Assembly (NCBI GenBank): GCA_046563655.1
Contig: CM102283.1
Coordinates: forward strand, 9,734,001-9,798,000
From: Yuukianura sp. NJ FZ-2021
Lineage: Eukaryota
Direction of reading: 5' to 3'
DNA: 64,000 nt
Both the position numbers and the translations under genes were made by a program. The notes under the pieces are model-generated. The model worked only from the letters and a program-made list of their open reading frames with translations. It had not been told where the DNA came from and did no database searches. This document shows positions 57,103 to 64,000 of this stretch, in pieces (positions within the stretch are counted from its first letter, which is position 1; each line of letters opens with the position of its first letter).

Positions 57103-58744
57103 ATGTTCCAAGTTGACATTCCGTTGGACACGAAAGAAGCGGCGGCCATTTCTCGTCGTCGACGTGCAGAGGAGGAACGCAAGCAACGCATCTTCAACCC
57201 CAAACAAAGAGTTATCGGAGTAAGCCAAATCCTTAAACCTCTATTTTGAATTTCTAAAAAGTTTTCTAAAATGTGAAATTGAAATTTCAGAAAGACTACT
57301 GCGCTCTCCAGCGACAAGTTGAAGAGAGACGAGCTTTTGAAGAACAAGAACGACAACGCAATGTGGCCTATGCACAGGAAACCAATCGTCAGGATTTGGT
57401 GGCCATTGAATTGCAACGACGAATTCAGGAGGTAACACCCAAAATTTTGAAAATTTCAACTTTCAAATTTCACACACAATTTGAAAATTTAGGATCGGAA
57501 GCAAGTGGCCAAAGACTTGGAAGTTTTTCGTCAAACGCAGCAAAGATTTGAAGATCGTCGAGAGTTTGACTTGAACGACGCAGAGCTGCTTAAAAAGACT
57601 TTGCCAGCTCGGATTGACGACAACGACAAGCGATGCGGTCCAGCATCAATTCAGCGGTGACGAATTTCAAAATTTTGAACACAAAATCCCACTTTGTTAA
57701 ATTTTTTGAAAAATTTAGATTTGAAGGGGAGGATACCAATTTGAAAGAGCGTGCGCAAGCCCAAGCTCTTCAGAATCGCTTGGCCTTGGAAGCACAAATG
57801 CGGGAAAAGAAAATGGCAGAAACTTGCTACACAAAGGTCGTCTTTACTAAAATTCAAAAAAGTCAAACTTTTTACATTTTCAAAATGATTTCATAAAATT
57901 TGAAATGAATTTTTAGACCAACGAACTGTATGACCAGCGTCTTCGTGAAACTGACTTGCGTACTTGTACATTGTGGCGAGCTGAAAACGAAGCACGTCGA
58001 GCCGTCCGCATTGCAACTGCACAGTACAACATGGCAATGGTAAAAATTTCAGAAAATCAAAATTAAAAAAATTAAAAAATTGAAAAAAAAAATTTGAAAT
58101 TCTCTTTTTCTTAATATCTTCTTAGGCTTGCGAAAATGCCCAAAAACGTGCTTTAGAAAAACGTGCTCATGCAGAGGCCACGATGGCGCATGTTTTGAAC
58201 ATGTGTAGCAGTGAACTGTTGACTGAAACGCAAGACGCTACGTCCGTCTGCGGTCCGCACCGTGTCGTACGCGACCGCCACAAAGGTTATTGTTATTTTT
58301 ATTTTAAAGTTTTTGTAATTTTGTTGATGTTAACGTTTTGTTATTGTTTTTTAATGTGTTTTAAAGGTTTTGGCAAAAACCAACTTGACATGATCCGTGA
58401 CGAGCAGCAACGTCAACGCCTGGACAAGGCACACCGTGACATGGCCGAACGCCAAGAGGAAGAAGCTTGGGACAAACTCAAACGACGGGAAGCCATTGCA
58501 GGACTCCTCATTGACTACGATTTGGACAAACAGAGAAAGTATGACACAAACTTTTAGAAAAATTTTAAAAAGTTTGCTAACTTTGAATTTTAAAAATTCG
58601 AGGGAAATTCGTGCTCAGACGGAGCGTACGAACATGGAATTGGCCCGTGAACAAGCCCTGCGTCAGCAGTATCTCAACCGAATCCTCTACCGAAACGCAC
58701 CTTCGGAGGAATTCTTCGACCAATTCAACACAACCACACGCTAA
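57103..58744 (+). CDS. RIB43A-like axonemal coiled-coil protein (RIBC)
   Basis: EAAAISRRRRAEEERKQRIFNPKQRVIG, RREFDLND, CGPASIQRFEGED, LLTE, and NAPSEEFFDQFNTTTR. Confidence 0.9.
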
Positions 58745-59192
58745 GCATCATTTCATCAACAACACAAAACCATCAACACCAATTTTCACCTACAATATTG
58801 CCAACTATGAATTTTGAAAATAAAAAAATCTCAAAATAAAAATTTAGAAACTAGAAAGAGTGAATGATGTAGTTTTCCACTTTGTTGAGTTACTCTTACA
58901 AGCACAGTCTGAAATCCACAGAAAAGAAATTAAAGATTTTTAAAACAGTACTTTTTGTAGATTTTAAAGTTTTTGTGTAGATGTAGGCATGATGTATGTG
59001 TTGAGTTTTGAAAATAGAAAATATTCAACTGATTTGCATAGCAATGGAAAGATACAGTAAACGACTGCTCGTTGCACAAAATGTAACAAAAATGTTCAAA
59101 ATTTTAACCCACAAACATGAAATTTTGATTTCTGAGCAATTCTTTTCACCGAGTGCTTAGGGATTTTGAATTTTTCAGTTTTTGAATGCATT

Positions 59193-61837
59193 ATGGGTGG
59201 ATGTTGTGGGAAAAAAAGATCGACAGACGAATTGGTTTACAATGATCCCAAAGATCCAGAAGCATCAAGTACTCTTTTTAAAATTTCCAAAATTTTCAAA
59301 ATTGTGAAACTTATAAGTAAATTGTTTTGTTTCAGCCATTTTTGTTGCAAGAGCGAAAGATATTTCTGAAGACAAGTAAGAATACGTGTGTTTTGAAGCT
59401 TTGAAAAAACGGAAATTTTGGAATGTGTGTTTAGATTTACGGCGGTGAAAATTAGCGAAGAGAAGTCAATTTTGGTGGGAAAATTTGAGAAGAAATTTTA
59501 TGCGATTGGGGATAAGTGTCCACATGCCGGCAGGTCTTTGGCTGACGCTCCTGTGCGCATGGGCAGAGTCCGATGTCTCGAACACGGATCTTGTTTCGAC
59601 ATTGAAACCGGTACTTTTTGAAAAATAAAAAAACTAAGACTGGATTCGATTTTTAAAAAAAGTTGAAAATCTTTCTATTTTGCTTTCTCAGGAGACATTG
59701 AAGACTTCCCCGGTTTCGAATGCATTCCAACGTACAAAGTGGAGGTGCGGATGGGCAGTGTGTATGTCAAAGTGAATCCAAAGCGCATGCCCACGAGACT
59801 CCTCAAACCAATGACACGCTTGAAGGACGACTCCATTCAAATAGTCATCATTGGAACTGGTAAATCCAAAAATCAAAGCTAAATTTTCAAAATTTTGAAC
59901 TTCGAAAGCAGAGACTATCGTTTTTTAGGCGCTGCTGGCTACACTTGTGCACAGACTTTGAGGGAAGAAGGATTTGAAGGCAGAATCACCATGATTTCCG
60001 AAGACAAATATTTGCCGTACGATCGAACCAAGCTCACCACCGTCCCTAACTGCGAATTTGACTCGCTCAAAATTCGTCGTGCGACGTTTTTCAAAGTACG
60101 AATTCCAAATTTGAAAAAAAAATCCAATTTTTCAAAATTTCGTTTTCTTTTCGAGGAAAATGATATTGAGCTTTTGCTGGACAAAGCCGTGACTAAAATA
60201 GACAAAAACAATCACTTCGTCTACCTCGCAGGCAGTTCCAAACCACAACTCATGTACGACAACCTATTCATCGCAGTGGGTCAAAGGTCAAAATTTCAAA
60301 ATTTGAAATTATTAAAATTTTCAAATTGTAAAAATTTAAAATTTCGAAAGCTTCAAAGTTACTGGACGTTATTTTTATCTACAGTCCGCGCCGGTATGCC
60401 GAAACAGTGACCGGGTCGCGGTTAAGCAACATTGTGACCCTGCGTACTTTTGACGACCATGTCGCAATCTGCGCAAAAGCAACTGGAAAGGAAGTGGTCA
60501 TCGCAGGGTCCTCTTTCCTGAGCATGGAGTTGGCTGAAATGCTAAGTCCCCTGGCCAAGTCCATCCACGTTTTGTCCAGGGGGAAGTACCCTTACGGTCC
60601 AGTCCTTGGAGAAGTCGCCTCCATTCCACTTTTAAACCACTTTCTACAAACTTATGCTAATGTTATTTTTCATCCGACTGATGAAGTTCATCAGTTCATT
60701 GGAACCAGAACTGAGGATGTAACAGCAGTTTACACTGTCAAGAAACAAACAATCAGCTGTCAACTTGTAGTGCTTGGCATAGGGGCACTACCAAACACTG
60801 ACTTTTTAATAAACACTGGAATCAAAATGAATCCAGTAGACAGTTCAATCATCGTCAACCAAGTTAGTCCAAAATTTCAATTTCCAAAATTTTGTTTTTC
60901 AAAATTTTGAATTTTTTTTTTTTTAAAGTTGATGGAGACCTCTTTGGAGTATGTTTATGCCGGCGGAGACTGTTGTAGTTTTCCATTTTACATGTGTTCA
61001 CGTGACAGAGCAGTCGTGGCTCACTGGCAAATGGCTTGCATTCACGGAAAAGTCGCGGCGCTAAACATGTTGGGCCGCGTAATTCGAATTGGCGATGTCG
61101 TACCACATTTTACGACGTCCGTCGCCGGAAAAAATGTTGTTTACATTGGCAAGTTTAAAAATCTAAAAACATTTTTTCCACATTTCTCCTGAAATTTTGA
61201 ATTTTTTTTTAAATTTTAGGTTATGGTGAGGGGTACGATGAGGTTTTGGTGTTCGGGACTCCAAATGACTTGAATTTTTGTTGCGTCTACCGACGACGCA
61301 GACGCCTCAGCGCAGTGTGCTGCGTCGGCTGTGAACTTTTGGCAGCACAATTGATGCTGCTTTTTGAAACTGAGAAGGAGTGGATAGTTGACCTGCCTGA
61401 CTTAATCACCAAGGCTTTTCCTGGGCCGCCAATGAGCGGTACGTTTCAAAATTTTGAAAAATTTCGAATGACCTTGACCTTTGACCTTTTTAACAGCCGA
61501 TGCATACCATGCCATTAAGCATGAGACCCATACGCAAGCTCATGATGCTTCTGTGAACAAAGTGGCTCCGATTCCAGTTCAGCCGTTTGAATTGGAACGT
61601 AGAAATCGGAACTACTTAAGAACGAATTTGATTCCGATTGGATTTGACCTGGTGACGCAAGGTCACGAGGATGAGGATCCAGACAAGACGCTTGCTCTCG
61701 AGATTCTGAACATGCGCAGAGACCAAGAAGATAGACGACGCGCAGAGAAGATTAGACACGGAAGGATCTTAGGTAATGTCGCCCTTGAGGCATGGAAAGC
61801 TGAACCTCCCAAGAAAAAACAGGAAGCCAAAAAATAA
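59193..61837 (+). CDS. AIFM3-like Rieske + FAD/NAD(P)H oxidoreductase
   Basis: Rieske CPHAG...VRCLEHGSCFDIETGDIEDFPG, IIGTGAAG, LPYDRTKL, GIGALPNT, YAGGDC and HWQMA. Confidence 0.88.
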
Positions 61838-62136
61838 ACTGAAAAACATAAAAAAAACTTGGAAAAACTGAGGTGAATAAACTCTAGCTTTGCAGTTTCA
61901 AAATTTCTTGTGCCAAATTTATTCAAAAAGGAGACAAGCTTGCATAAAAAGTGTAAAAAAAAATGTAAAAACGCAAAAAAAAACTATATCCACAATGCAG
62001 AAAATTGACAAGTTAATGACAAGCTACAAAAAAGCTCAATAAAGTCGAGTTATTTTTGCAAATTTTAATCTTTTTGCAACTGTAAAAAAGCAAAAAACTG
62101 TGTTAATTAACTTTTTGAATTAACATAACCTTGTGG

Positions 62137-62183
62137 AGGTCATGAGGTCAAGGGAGGAGGTTGTTGAAACCGAGGTTATAAAA
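62137..62183 (+). promoter_or_regulatory. Nuclear-receptor DR2 (AGGTCAtgAGGTCA) and TATA box of the obstructor-E-like gene
   Basis: AGGTCATGAGGTCA at 62137-62150 and TATAAAA at 62177-62183, ~120 bp upstream of the ATG. Confidence 0.5.
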
Positions 62184-62304
62184 AGCTTCTGCTCCAGTTC
62201 CACTTCCTTCCAGTCCACATTTTCAATTCTTTCAAAAAATTAGTCTCTCCTTTCTAAAATTTCAAAATTTTGAAAAATTTTCTTGGAACAGTAAGTCCTG
62301 GAAG

Positions 62305-63425
62305 ATGGGCGTTTGGATCAAGGTCAAGTTTTTTAAGACAGCAGCCGCTGCCCTCCTCTGTCTTCTTGTACAAGGTAACTTCAAAAATCAAAATTTTGAC
62401 CTACGTTGACCTTTGACCTTTCAAAAATGCTTGACCTTTGACTTTTTCTGTTTTTCAGGCGTTGTGAGTGACCCTACTGAAAAATGTCAGCCAAGGAACG
62501 AAACCTACGCAATTTCGGATTCTGCACAGTGCGACCTGTTCTACGATTGTCTCAAAAGCGGAAAACTGACAGAGCGCATGTGCGATGACGGATTCGTTTT
62601 CTCCGAGGCCATCCGAATGTGCGACTATCCACACAATGTAGACTGCTCCAAACGTCCTAAACTTCGTAAGTTCTGCAGAAACTTAAAAAACTTTCAAAAT
62701 TGTCTAAAATTTTGAAAAATTTGCAGAACCGGCGCAATCTACCGACACGAACTGCGAGCGACGCAATGGATTCTACCCGTTTCCGTCGGACATCTCCTGT
62801 CAGAAGTTCTACCATTGTCTGGAGGGCGTGGCCTACGAAAAAACATGTCCCGAGGGGGTTATCTTTGACCACAGTCTGGGCACTTGCGTCCATCCCGACT
62901 TGTCCCATCGCAAAGACTGTCCGGCGCACACTGTCCTCAACTTCAAATGCCCAAACATGAACCAACGCTTCTCTAAACTCAAATTTGGAGACCACGATCG
63001 TCATCCGCATCCAGACGACTGCAGGTAAACTTTTGACCTTTGACCTTTGACCTCATGACCTTTGACCCTGAAATTTAGTATTTTGTGCTAAAATGTGTGT
63101 AAATTGCAGGAAGTTTTACATTTGTCTGATGGACGGAAAGCCACGTCTTGGCGGTTGTCCCGTCGGGAAAGTCTTCAACTCCGAAACAGGATTCTGCGTT
63201 AAGCCGAAACACGCTCCAGACAATTGGTAAGAAACAGATGCAAATTTTCTGAATTTGAAATTAGCAAAGTGTTTTTGCAACTTATGCTAATTTATGCTAA
63301 TTTTGTGTTTTAGCAAGGACTACTACACGACTGGACCTGGAAAATTAGCCAACTTCGAACTGGAATCTGCCGAGACAGAGAAAAACGCAACCAAAACTGA
63401 AAAAGAAAAAGATTCCAAACAATAA
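62305..63425 (+). CDS. Obstructor-E-like (CPAP3-E) chitin-binding protein
   Basis: Signal peptide, then QCDLFYDC...CDDGFVF...CDYPHNVDC, CERRNGFY...CPEGVIFD and FGDHDRHPHPDDCRKFYIC...PRLGGC. Confidence 0.85.
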
Positions 63426-64000
63426 CCCGCTCAAAATTAATTTTAGTCTCCACAAACTCAATTTTTACACAAACTTTTTAGCTTTAGCATTTAGAATTTA
63501 CAAAATCAGGTTTTAAAGAAGAAACAAATAAAATTTTAGATTCATGAAACCAAAATTTCAAAGCCACATTTTCTTTTGAAAATGTGGTCGTTGGCCTTCA
63601 GTTGTGCATTTTTTTTTCAATTTTTTTAATTTTGAATTTTTCTTTTCAAATGTTAGTTTGTGAATAATTTTGAGTAAAGTTGTAAAATTAAACTTGACAT
63701 GAGAGTGGATTTGAGGTTTTATGTTTGTCGCATCATCATGTTTTTCCTGGTTAACAAATTCTGGTGCGGTTGACCTTCACTTTAAACCCAAAAGGTTAAT
63801 TAAAATTCGCAAACTTTTATTAGAGGTTATCTCCCTACATATCCAGTTGCGATAAACATAAAGTCTGGGTGACTTTACTTGTTGCAAAACAAACTTAGCT
63901 TATAGTTTGCTAAAAATCAAAACTATAAAGCGTCGTTGGACTGTAAACCATAAACTGTAAGTCAAATATTTTAATTTTTCATTGTTTCTGCCAAACATTT

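Overview
Eukaryotic, gene-dense, intron-rich arthropod DNA with short introns of mostly 50-150 nt. A compact hexapod genome such as a springtail is my inference, not something I could verify. Positions 1-30 kb hold tightly packed housekeeping and germline genes: an RPRD/CID protein, a vasa-like DEAD-box helicase with 7 zinc knuckles, RpL28 hosting two U24-like C/D snoRNAs, DHPS, RPB5, CDK9, Pin1, MsrB, TFIP11, a Tudor protein and a Sina-RING/DM9 fusion. These are interspersed with MITEs, foldback elements and a nested-transposon patch at 13-17.5 kb. A tRNA-Gln and a 59-bp tandem array sit at 30.6-31.6 kb. Positions 31.7-64 kb hold a MOXD1/DBH-like gene, pins/GPSM2 (with two antisense genes nested in one intron), a C1orf131-like gene, Edc3, a short filamin-repeat gene, five obstructor/CPAP3 chitin-binding genes, a RIB43A-like gene with an X-box, and an AIFM3-like gene. 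CDS coordinates run from start to stop codon across introns and were spliced by eye. There is no CRISPR or other prokaryotic system. The best novelty candidates are the RING-DM9 fusion, two foldback elements with shared termini but unrelated repeat arms, the one-knuckle-per-exon vasa N-terminus, the rearranged U24 paralogues and a strand-biased intronic TTGACCT motif.
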